Positions 10,322 through 18,177 of a stretch of DNA of 64,000 nucleotides are shown in pieces. The translations under genes were made by a program, and so were the position numbers. The notes under the pieces are model-generated. The model had not been told where the DNA came from and did no database searches. It was given only the letters and a program-made list of their open reading frames with translations. Position 1 is the first letter of the stretch; each line of letters opens with the position of its first letter. Source of the DNA: Candidatus Fermentibacterota bacterium (GTDB lineage Bacteria > Fermentibacterota > Fermentibacteria > Fermentibacterales > JCC-6). The stretch spans positions 352,001 to 416,000 of the forward strand of contig CAWJQI010000005.1 of the NCBI GenBank assembly GCA_963845085.1, written 5' to 3'.

Positions 10322-11359
10322 CTACGTTTGCGCCAGGTGTGTTCCCATCATCCTGATGGACTTCTTCGGGCACTTGGGAACGCACTGGCCGCACCCCACA
10401 CACTTCTCGGATACAACCTCGTGTTTCTGCTTCAACTCGCCCAAAATGGCATGGGTCGGACAGACCTTGGTGCAGAGCGTGCAGCCGATGCATGTAGTGT
10501 CTATGAAAGCCTTTGGCCTTGTGGGCACCATGTCCACGATGGCCGAGGTCGGGCACTCTCCCGCGCAGATCCCGCAGTTGATGCATTTCGCCGGGTCGAT
10601 GTGCGCGAGGAAGCTGTCGATCGTGATGGCGTTGACAGGGCAGGCCGTGGCGCACTTGCCGCAGCCGATGCAGGCCACGGTGCAGGCCCTGCGGGCGATG
10701 CCGCCCTTGTCCCGGCTGGAACAGGCCACGATGACCTTCCTGTTCTCGGGCCAGAGGCTGATGATTCCCCTGGGACACGCCGATACGCATTTCCCGCAGC
10801 CCGTGCACTTCTCCGGCTCGACAACGGGAAGACCGTTCTCATCCATGTGTATCGCATCGAAGGGACAGGCCGACACGCAGTCGCCGAACCCCATGCATCC
10901 GTACCTGCAGAGCTTGTGCCCCTCCATGACAAGCAGCGCGGATGCGCAGCTTGAGGGACCGTGGTACGTGAAGGCGTCGACGGCGCTGTGCCCGCCTCCG
11001 CAGTGAACGACCGCCACCTTCCTTATGCTCTCGTCAACAGCCACACCAAGCAGTGCAGCGATCTTCGAGACAACACCTGCACCTGCGGCAACGCACCCGC
11101 CTGGAAGGACATCGCCCTTGACCACGGCTTCTGCGAAGGCGGCGCAGCCCGGGTATCCGCAGCCGCCGCAGTTGGCGCCGGGAAGGATTTCGCCGACCTT
11201 CTCAATCCTGGGATCCTTGGGGACGGCGAGTTTTTTGGCTGCGAGCGCGAGGCCGAGACCGAGAATGAGGCCGATGCCCCCGAGGACAAAAGCCGGAACA
11301 GTGACGACGGATGCCGTCCCGGAGGTAAGCAGAACCGACAGGATCATCTGTGAAGTCAT
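10322..11359 (-). CDS. rnfB: Rnf complex subunit B (polyferredoxin type)
   Basis: LPGANCGGCGYPGC FeS domain plus multiple CxxCxxCxxxCP motifs. Last rnf gene. Confidence 0.94.
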   Translation of the reverse strand: MTSQMILSVLLTSGTASVVTVPAFVLGGIGLILGLGLALAAKKLAVPKDPRIEKVGEILPGANCGGCGYPGCAAFAEAVVKGDVLPGGCVAAGAGVVSKIAALLGVAVDESIRKVAVVHCGGGHSAVDAFTYHGPSSCASALLVMEGHKLCRYGCMGFGDCVSACPFDAIHMDENGLPVVEPEKCTGCGKCVSACPRGIISLWPENRKVIVACSSRDKGGIARRACTVACIGCGKCATACPVNAITIDSFLAHIDPAKCINCGICAGECPTSAIVDMVPTRPKAFIDTTCIGCTLCTKVCPTHAILGELKQKHEVVSEKCVGCGQCVPKCPKKSIRMMGTHLAQT

Positions 11360-11362
11360 CCC

Positions 11363-12007
11363 CTAACCTCCCAGCCCGGCAAAGCCAAGGAATGCGATGG
11401 ACATCGCGCCGGCGATGAGGAACGCGGTCGGCAGCCCTTTGAGGGCCGGCGGAACTGGAGCCTGCTCCATCCTCTCCCTCAGGCCCGCCATGAGCACAAG
11501 GGCGAGAGTGAAGCCAATACCGCCTGAAACTGCATTGATCAGGCTGTAGCCGAGGCCGAATTTCTCCTCGATGTTTATCACGGCCACTCCGAGGATGGCG
11601 CAGTTCGTCGTGATGAGGGGAAGGTAGATCCCGAGGGCCTGGTAGAGGGCGGGGCTGAACTTGAGCAGTATCATCTCCACGAGCTGCACCAGTGCGGCGA
11701 TGATCGTTATAAAGGCAATCGTCTTGAGATAGCCGATGCCCAGGGGCACGAGCATGAGATGGTAGACGGCCCAGCAGCCGAGTGTCGCGAGCGCCATGAC
11801 GAAGACGACCGCAGCCCCCATGCCGATTGCGCTGTCCAGCTGCTTCGAGACCCCCATGAACGGGCAGATCCCGAGAAAGCGGCTCAACACGAAGTTGTTG
11901 ATGAAAATGCCCCCGATGATGATTGCCATCATCGTGCCGAAGCTGAAGCCCGACTCCTGCGCTCCGGGGGTCTGGGTCAGAACCGAAAGCATGAGGAAGG
12001 CGCTCAT
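11363..12007 (-). CDS. rnfA: Rnf complex subunit A
   Basis: Motifs NNFVLSRFLGICPFMGVS, LGIYLPLITTNCAILG and GLRER. Confidence 0.95.
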   Translation of the reverse strand: MSAFLMLSVLTQTPGAQESGFSFGTMMAIIIGGIFINNFVLSRFLGICPFMGVSKQLDSAIGMGAAVVFVMALATLGCWAVYHLMLVPLGIGYLKTIAFITIIAALVQLVEMILLKFSPALYQALGIYLPLITTNCAILGVAVINIEEKFGLGYSLINAVSGGIGFTLALVLMAGLRERMEQAPVPPALKGLPTAFLIAGAMSIAFLGFAGLGG

Positions 12008-12615
12008 CGGGCTCCTCCTTTCCTTCTGTTCTCAATGATTTTGAAGGTGCCCAGGATGAACGCCATCAGTATGAATGCCCCCGGTGCAAGGATGGCGATC
12101 AGAACGGGCTGATTGTTGTAAGCCGAGCCCAGGACGTTGATCCCGAGCCACGTGCCGTTGCCCAGAATCTCCCGGAAGGTTGCCATGATGATCATGGCCA
12201 GGGTGAATCCTATCCCCATGCCGAGACCGTCGGCCACTGCCGCCGGAACAGCGTTCCTGTTGGCGAACCCCTCGGCCCGTCCGAGGATGATGCAGTTCAC
12301 CACGATGAGGGGAATGAAGATCCCGAGGCTTCTGTGGAGATCGGGTACGAAGGCGTTCATGACGAGGTCGAGGATGGTGACGAACGTTGCGATTATGATG
12401 ATGTAGCACGGAATGCGGACCTTTGAGGGGATGGCGTTCCGCAGCAGCGACACCAGGAAGTTGGAGCAGACCAGAACGAACCCGGCTGCGGCACCCATTC
12501 CAAGGGCGTTCTCCACGCTCGAGGTGACGGCAAGAAAGGGGCACGTGCCGAGAACCAGACGGAAGATCGGGTTCTCCTTGTAAAGCCCTTTGGTAAACTC
12601 TCTTACAAGGCTCAC
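12004..12615 (-). CDS. rnfE: Rnf complex subunit E
   Basis: Motifs KENPIFRLVLGTCP.LAVT, VRIP and LGIFIPLIVVNCIILGRAE. Confidence 0.95.
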   Translation of the reverse strand: MSLVREFTKGLYKENPIFRLVLGTCPFLAVTSSVENALGMGAAAGFVLVCSNFLVSLLRNAIPSKVRIPCYIIIIATFVTILDLVMNAFVPDLHRSLGIFIPLIVVNCIILGRAEGFANRNAVPAAVADGLGMGIGFTLAMIIMATFREILGNGTWLGINVLGSAYNNQPVLIAILAPGAFILMAFILGTFKIIENRRKGGAR

Positions 12616-13217
12616 AGTGAATACCCCCCTTCCGTGAAAAGACCTGCGTCCTCCATGGCTTCAAGCCCCTTCCGGACGGAAAGTGTGACAGCTCTCGATG
12701 TGATCGTACTGCCCGTGATGGCGTCGATATCTCCGCCATCCTTTTCGAGAACGAGGCCTGCCGCCTCACGGCCGGAGAAGCTGCCGATAAGGCGGTCGGG
12801 GTTGACCACATTGGCGCCGAGCCCCGGTGTCTCCTGCTGGAAGAGGATCTGCGAGCCGGTGACGATGCCGTCAGTACCGCATGCTACCATGGTCTGGACA
12901 GTGCTGGAGTAGCCCTTGCCGTAGGCAATGAAAACGTAGCCCACGATGTCTTCCCCGGAGAAGACGCCCACCGGGGACAGCACTTCGTCCGCCTGGGCAT
13001 AGGGGTTGGCGAGACCGTCGACCGTGAGGCTGTCGAAGGTGACGGTAACGCCTGCGCCGGTGATCGTGGAGGCAGCTGTTTCCATGGCCAGAAGCCTGGC
13101 TTCCTCCTTCTGCCTGGCGATCAGCGGGGCGGTGAAATCGTTGACGAACCCGAGCGATCCCGCTGCAATGACGGCGACCACCATGAGCACGATGCCGAGT
13201 TTGAGCGCTTCAGCCAT
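12612..13217 (-). CDS. rnfG: Rnf complex subunit G (FMN-binding)
   Basis: N-terminal TM segment, KGYS, ETPGLG and the flavinylation motif DAITGSTITSRAV. Confidence 0.93.
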   Translation of the reverse strand: MAEALKLGIVLMVVAVIAAGSLGFVNDFTAPLIARQKEEARLLAMETAASTITGAGVTVTFDSLTVDGLANPYAQADEVLSPVGVFSGEDIVGYVFIAYGKGYSSTVQTMVACGTDGIVTGSQILFQQETPGLGANVVNPDRLIGSFSGREAAGLVLEKDGGDIDAITGSTITSRAVTLSVRKGLEAMEDAGLFTEGGYSL

Positions 13218-14334
13218 TCTTCTTCACCTCCCCGAAAGCCCTTGGCTTCGTGTAGCGGTCAATGAGGGGGGTGACAAGGTTCATGAGCAGGATGGAGTAG
13301 CTGCACCCCTCGGGATAGCCGCCCCACCTTCTGATGATCATCGTGAGAAGGCCCGCCCCCACACCGAAGATCAGCCGTCCCTTCCTGGTGACCGGAGTGG
13401 TGACCATGTCGGTGACCATGAAAAAGCCGCCGAGGATGACTCCGCCGGACAGGACATGGAAAAGCGGATCGCCCCCGAGAAAGCCGGGGCCTCCGAAAAG
13501 CCAGCCGAAAAGCGCCACGGCGCCGAGGTAGCTGAGGGGAAGGCGTGGTTCGAGCACACGTCGTGCAAACAGGAAGACCGCACCCAGAAGAAGCATGAGC
13601 GCGCTGGTCTCGCCGATGCACCCGCCGACCCTTCCGAGGAACAGGCTGATGTGCGTTCCGCCCGAGGAGAGCAGTTCACGCACTTTCGAAGCCTTCTCCC
13701 GGAGCGCAGCGGCGCCCTCGGAGTCGCCCCCCTCCTGGGCCTCGGCCGCGCCGGCATCCCATGTGTAGGTCTGGCGGAGAAGGTTCAGGGGCGTGGCTCC
13801 GGAGACAACGTCAGCCTCTTCAAGAACTGCGGCGGGTATGCCGGACTGGTCCCAGGCATCGTCCGCCGACGGGCCATTGGACAGCGGCGCCCACCATCCC
13901 GCAGTCATCAGGACGGGAAAACTCGCGACAAGGAAGGCCCTGCCAAGAAGCGCAGGGTTGACGATGTTGTTTCCAAGGCCGCCGAAGGCCTGTTTTGCAA
14001 CCGCAATGGCGAACGCGCTTCCGAGCACAGGGATCCACCACGGCACAGAGGGGGGAACGTTGTATGCCAGGAGGATGCCCGTCACGACCGCGCTTCCGTC
14101 GAGAACAATGTTCACGGGCTTCTTCATGAAACGAAGGCAGAGCATCTCCGTCAGGACGGCGGCGAGAACGCTCAGGCCGGTCAGAAGAAGCGCCTTGAAC
14201 CCGAACAGGTAAACCGCCGCTGCCAGTGCCGGCAGCAGGGCGATCGAGACATCGGTCATCACCCGCCGTGTCGTGGCCGTATCGGACACATGGGGCGACA
14301 TCGCCAGCTCGAAACGTCTTGCCTCGGGCATCAT
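13210..14334 (-). CDS. rnfD: Rnf complex subunit D
   Basis: Motifs SPH, DGSAVVTG, KQAFGGLGNN..NPA, SGATPL (FMN site), GCIGETS and FMVTDMVTTP. Confidence 0.95.
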   Translation of the reverse strand: MMPEARRFELAMSPHVSDTATTRRVMTDVSIALLPALAAAVYLFGFKALLLTGLSVLAAVLTEMLCLRFMKKPVNIVLDGSAVVTGILLAYNVPPSVPWWIPVLGSAFAIAVAKQAFGGLGNNIVNPALLGRAFLVASFPVLMTAGWWAPLSNGPSADDAWDQSGIPAAVLEEADVVSGATPLNLLRQTYTWDAGAAEAQEGGDSEGAAALREKASKVRELLSSGGTHISLFLGRVGGCIGETSALMLLLGAVFLFARRVLEPRLPLSYLGAVALFGWLFGGPGFLGGDPLFHVLSGGVILGGFFMVTDMVTTPVTRKGRLIFGVGAGLLTMIIRRWGGYPEGCSYSILLMNLVTPLIDRYTKPRAFGEVKKNG

Positions 14335-15647
14335 GCCCCCTTCCCGGCGCGCGCGGCTGCCCTGATCTCGGTCTGGGCCCGCTTGATGTAATGAACAAGG
14401 TACCTGCCTGCAGGACAGACAAAGCTGCAGGTGCCGCAGGCCATGCAGTTGAGGGCGCCGTACTCCTCCGCCATGCGCCAGTTCCCGTACTCCGCGGCCT
14501 TGGCGATCAGGCTCGGGCAGAGGTTCAGCGGGCAGACATCAACGCACTTTCCGCAGCGGATGCAGGGACCCTCGAGGGTTTCCCTGACCTCGCCCTTGGA
14601 AAGCACAAGAACTCCGCTCGTCCCCTTTGTAACGGGAGCTTCGTCGGTGTACATGGCCATGCCCATCATGGGTCCGCCCGAGACGAGTCTTGCCGCATCG
14701 GCGGTATACCCTCCCGCAGCCCCGATCAGAACCGACACCGGGGTTCCGACACTGCAGAGGAAGTTGCCCGGGGCTGCCACGCCGCGCCCCGATACAGTGG
14801 TTACCCTCGTGACCGACGGGATGCCGTCACGAACCGCCTGAGCCACTGCGGCACACGTTCCAACGTTCTGCACCACGACGCCGATATCGAGCGGGAGGCC
14901 TCCCGCCGGAACTTTCCTTCCGCACACCGCGTCGATCAGCTGTTTTTCGGCACCCTGCGGATAGGACACCTCGAGGGGAACCACCGCCACGCCCATCTTC
15001 TCAAGCAGGGAGATGGCGTCGGGCTTGTTCACCTCGATGCCGATGCGGGGCTTGTCAACACCGAGAACCATGGCGAGGATATTCATCCCGGCGATGATGT
15101 CTGCGGCGTTCTCCAGCATCAGCCTGTGATCTGCGGTGAGGTAGGGTTCACACTCAACGCCGTTCACGATAAGCATGTCTATCTTTCTGCCCTGGGGCGG
15201 GGAGAGCTTGACGTAGGTTGGAAAGCAGGCACCCCCCATCCCGCAGACTCCGGCTTCCCTTATCCTCTCGATTATCTGCGCGGGGGTTTTGTTCTCCCAG
15301 TCGGGCCAGGGTTCGAAAACAGGCACCGTTTCGCGGCTGCTGACGGAAATGGTAACGGCCGGCCCTGTCCGCCTGTGCGGCATGGGGGCGTCGCCGACGC
15401 TCAGAACCTTGCCACCCGCAGGCGAATGCGTGGGAAGGCTGATGAAGCCGTTCCTCTCACCGAGAACCTGACCGAAGGCTATCGTGTCACCAGGTTTCAC
15501 AACGGGCGTGGAAGGCGCGCCCAGGTGCTGGCAGAGAGAAACCGTGATTGTGTCGGGGGCGGGGACATGCACTATCGCCCTGGCTCTGCTCAGCTCTTTG
15601 TTGCCCGGCGGATGGGTGCCTCCGGAGAACGATCTTGCCCTGCTCAT
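14331..15647 (-). CDS. rnfC: Rnf complex subunit C
   Basis: Motifs FSGGTHP, QHLGAP, GMGGA.FPT.VKL, NGVECEPYLTADHRLM, YPQGAEKQL, GGPMMG, CIRCGKC and CMACGTC. Start set at ATG 15647 (MSRARSF). Confidence 0.95.
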   Translation of the reverse strand: MSRARSFSGGTHPPGNKELSRARAIVHVPAPDTITVSLCQHLGAPSTPVVKPGDTIAFGQVLGERNGFISLPTHSPAGGKVLSVGDAPMPHRRTGPAVTISVSSRETVPVFEPWPDWENKTPAQIIERIREAGVCGMGGACFPTYVKLSPPQGRKIDMLIVNGVECEPYLTADHRLMLENAADIIAGMNILAMVLGVDKPRIGIEVNKPDAISLLEKMGVAVVPLEVSYPQGAEKQLIDAVCGRKVPAGGLPLDIGVVVQNVGTCAAVAQAVRDGIPSVTRVTTVSGRGVAAPGNFLCSVGTPVSVLIGAAGGYTADAARLVSGGPMMGMAMYTDEAPVTKGTSGVLVLSKGEVRETLEGPCIRCGKCVDVCPLNLCPSLIAKAAEYGNWRMAEEYGALNCMACGTCSFVCPAGRYLVHYIKRAQTEIRAAARAGKGA

Positions 15648-15855
15648 AATCCTCCTGAATATGGCGTGACATTGCAATACAAAGACAAGGGTACGGGATC
15701 GCGGGCATCCCTCACCCCTGAAACAAGACACGCAGAAGCATAGAACGAAAACCGCCAGCGGACAAGCTCCCCGGTCTTCTTGCACGGAAGCGGTGGAAGC
15801 GTGATATTGGTTTTAAAGGATTCGGGGATATCCCGCGCGGAAGAGAGGGATCGGG

Positions 15856-16488
15856 ATGGATGGCATCAGAAAAACGGCTGTTGCGCTCCTGTTGCTCCCG
15901 GGCATCTCCCTGGCCGACCAGGTTCTCTGGAATTACTCCCTCGCCGAGTTGCCACCCGGCTGGGCCATCATTTCCGGAGAGTGGGAGTTCCTTCCTGACG
16001 GCGCCCGCTCAGACGCCGTCGCCGAGGCTTATGAAACCGACTGGAACGAGCTTTGGTCCGATCTTCTCATTCTGCCCGGGGGAACCGATTCGATAAGCAT
16101 CGCCGCGGAGCAGTACAGCGTCACATGGAGGATCGAACAACCCAACACTTTCGCCTTCACAAGAATGGTGCTCAACATCAACGGCGAGAGCGGGATTTAC
16201 TGGAACGTATCCCTCGGCCAGACCGACTCGCTGCCGATCTTCGTCGTTCCCGGGGCGGCAGCAGGGGATACTGTCCGTGTGATCCTTTTCTGTACAGCGG
16301 TCTGCGACCCGCCTCCTCCGAACCCTCCCCCGGGTCCCGGTCCGCAGGCCACATCCGACTTTCACATCTGGAACTTCGTTGTAACGGCATACGGTGACAT
16401 CGCAGACCTCGAACCTGCAACCTGGGCATCGATTAAAACAGGGCAGATACAGGGGCGGCGGGAGCCGTCTCCCGCCGCCTTAGACTAG
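15856..16488 (+). CDS. Secreted hypothetical protein with a Pro-rich insert and a C-terminal TWxxIK motif
   Basis: SD GAGGGA; signal peptide MDGIRKTAVALLLLPGISLA; beta-rich body; PPPPNPPPGPGP; LEPATWASIKT near the C-terminus. Confidence 0.8.
   Translation: MDGIRKTAVALLLLPGISLADQVLWNYSLAELPPGWAIISGEWEFLPDGARSDAVAEAYETDWNELWSDLLILPGGTDSISIAAEQYSVTWRIEQPNTFAFTRMVLNINGESGIYWNVSLGQTDSLPIFVVPGAAAGDTVRVILFCTAVCDPPPPNPPPGPGPQATSDFHIWNFVVTAYGDIADLEPATWASIKTGQIQGRREPSPAALD
16454..16479. terminator. GC-rich hairpin at a convergent gene junction
   Basis: Perfect 11-bp stem GGCGGCGGGAG/CTCCCGCCGCC with a 4-nt loop and no U-tract. Confidence 0.6.
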
Positions 16489-16495
16489 AACGGCG

Positions 16496-16606
16496 TCAGC
16501 CCTTTTTGACGGGCTTCTTCGCAGCTTTCTTTTTCGGGGCGCTGTCGGCCTTTTTCTCGGCGGGAGCCTTGGCGGGAGCCTTTTTTGCTGCTTCTTCCTT
16601 CTTCAT
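16496..16606 (-). CDS. Small Lys/Ala/Pro-rich basic protein (36 aa, resembling a histone H1/Hc1 tail)
   Basis: MKKEEAAKKAPAKAPAEKKADSAPKKKAAKKPVKKG, with a strong SD AGGAGG ahead of ATG 16606 and an upstream TTGACA..TACAAT. Confidence 0.7.
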   Translation of the reverse strand: MKKEEAAKKAPAKAPAEKKADSAPKKKAAKKPVKKG

Positions 16607-16756
16607 GATCACACCCTCCTGAAAGTGGCGCAACCTGATAAGACACGGGCGGGCAATAGCGCCGCCACTTCCGGTGATATTGTACGGAATGAACACGCAT
16701 GTCAATACCGCAGTGTATATTAGGGGCTGTAAACCACAAGGAAAGGCTGCTTTCAA

Positions 16757-17230
16757 ATGCATTCATTCATTGTTGCCCTGCTGGCTCTCTCCGGTTTCAT
16801 GCAGTGGATCTACCAGGTTGATCCCGCGCTCTGCAACGGTTGCATGAGCTGTGTATCCCCCTGTCCTCAGGGGGCGATAAGCGTTCAAGGCGGCAAGGCC
16901 TGGATCGACCCCGACCTGTGTAACGGGTGCGGGATCTGCGTTCTCTACTGCCCCAGGGGGGCCATCTACAGAACCTGGTACGAAGGAGTCGAGGGCGACA
17001 CAGAGGGCGTGCCCGGCATCAACCGGAATCCCGCGGCGGGCCAGGCTGATGTTCACGGGCTGCCCCCGAACACCGCGGTAGTGCTTTGCTCAATAACGGG
17101 ACGGGTGGTTGCCGAGGCGATCTCATCGATTGACGGAAGCGCCAGCATAAGCCTCAGCGGAGTCCCGGCCGGGCTCTACTTCGCCTGTTCGGAAACCGGT
17201 GCTTTCGCAGCGCTCACGGTTGTCAGGTGA
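16757..17230 (+). CDS. 2x[4Fe-4S] ferredoxin-domain protein with an N-terminal hydrophobic signal and a T9SS/FlgD-Ig-like C-terminal domain
   Basis: Cluster motifs CNGCMSCVSPCP and CNGCGICVLYCP. N-terminus MHSFIVALLALSG. C-terminus NP...LP...V.L.SITGRVV......G......VPAGLYF......LTVVR. Confidence 0.8.
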   Translation: MHSFIVALLALSGFMQWIYQVDPALCNGCMSCVSPCPQGAISVQGGKAWIDPDLCNGCGICVLYCPRGAIYRTWYEGVEGDTEGVPGINRNPAAGQADVHGLPPNTAVVLCSITGRVVAEAISSIDGSASISLSGVPAGLYFACSETGAFAALTVVR

Positions 17231-17796
17231 CCTTTGTGAACTCCGGAATCCTGTTCACCGGTTTTCTCGTGTTCGCAGCAAGGGTACTGGATGTGTCGCT
17301 TGGAACGATGAGGACGATAAGCATAATCCAGGGCAGAACCCTCCTCGCCTTCCTGCTCGGCTTCGTCGAGATAAGCATATGGCTCGGGGTGATTTCCACG
17401 GTGATCAGCCAGGTCCGTGAAAACCCCGTTTTCGCGGTTTTCTATGCTCTGGGATTCGCCACGGGAAATGTGGTGGGCATCATGATCGAGCGCAGGATAG
17501 CAATGGGCGGCATCATCATAAAGATCATCGCCAGGGATTCGGCCATTGAGCTTGCAGCCAGGATCAGGGAACTCGGGTTTGCCGTGACCGAGTTTCAGGG
17601 CAGGGGAATGGCCGGAACGGTCACCGAGCTATACATCGTCTGCCCCAGAAGGGAGTTCAGGCCCATCATGCAGGAGGTGAGGCTGATCGACCCCGACGTT
17701 TTCTTCGTGACGGAGCCGGTGGGCACGCTCGGCAGCGGAAGGATCCCTCCCGTGCTCGCTTCGCCGGGGTGGAAGGGCATCATCAAGAGAAAGTAG
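17227..17796 (+). CDS. DUF2179/DUF5698 (UPF0316-like) membrane protein
   Basis: Motifs ARVLDVSLGTMRTI, GFVEISIWL, YALGFATGNVVG, GFAVT..GRG..G and IDPDVFF. Confidence 0.88.
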   Translation: MTFVNSGILFTGFLVFAARVLDVSLGTMRTISIIQGRTLLAFLLGFVEISIWLGVISTVISQVRENPVFAVFYALGFATGNVVGIMIERRIAMGGIIIKIIARDSAIELAARIRELGFAVTEFQGRGMAGTVTELYIVCPRREFRPIMQEVRLIDPDVFFVTEPVGTLGSGRIPPVLASPGWKGIIKRK

Positions 17797-17811
17797 TTCC
17801 ATTCCTCCGGA

Positions 17812-17850
17812 TTGACAATTTGGTTGTTTGGCCTATATTGCAAGCAAACG
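17812..17850 (+). promoter_or_regulatory. sigma70 promoter with an overlapping imperfect inverted repeat (probable ArsR operator)
   Basis: TTGACA (17812-17817), 16 bp spacer, TATATT (17834-17839). A GTTTG...CAAAC inverted repeat spans the -10 directly upstream of arsR. Confidence 0.65.
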
Positions 17851-17868
17851 TTTAACCGGAGGTTCACC

Positions 17869-18177
17869 ATGCCGGCATCCAGCCTGGAGTCGCTTGAAAG
17901 AAAAGCAAGGGTTATCGCATCCCTTGCCCATCCCTCACGCCTGCTGATCGTCGAAGCTCTTGAAGAGGGCGAAAAGACCGTGTCCGAGCTGACCGGGATC
18001 GTGGGATCCGACATATCGACGGTTTCAAGACACCTTGGCGTCCTTCGAAGCGCCGGGATAATAGCTTCGAGGAAGGACTCGAACCGGGTCCTCCACAGGC
18101 TTCTCACACCCTGCCTGCCAAGCTTCCTCAAATGTGTCGACCAGGTGATCTCCGATACCTGCGGGGAATGCAAATGA
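17869..18177 (+). CDS. ArsR/SmtB family transcriptional regulator
   Basis: Motifs LAHPSRLLIVEAL..GEKTVSEL and STVSRHLGVLRSAGII, with C-terminal cysteines (PCLPSFLKC..TCGEC). SD GGAGG precedes ATG 17869. Confidence 0.92.
   Translation: MPASSLESLERKARVIASLAHPSRLLIVEALEEGEKTVSELTGIVGSDISTVSRHLGVLRSAGIIASRKDSNRVLHRLLTPCLPSFLKCVDQVISDTCGECK

Noticed and set aside
15648..15855. rnfC N-terminal extension to 15785, or an sRNA in the divergent intergenic region
   Set aside because: RnfC similarity begins at MSRARSFSGGTHP. The extension is non-homologous and no convincing RNA structure was seen.
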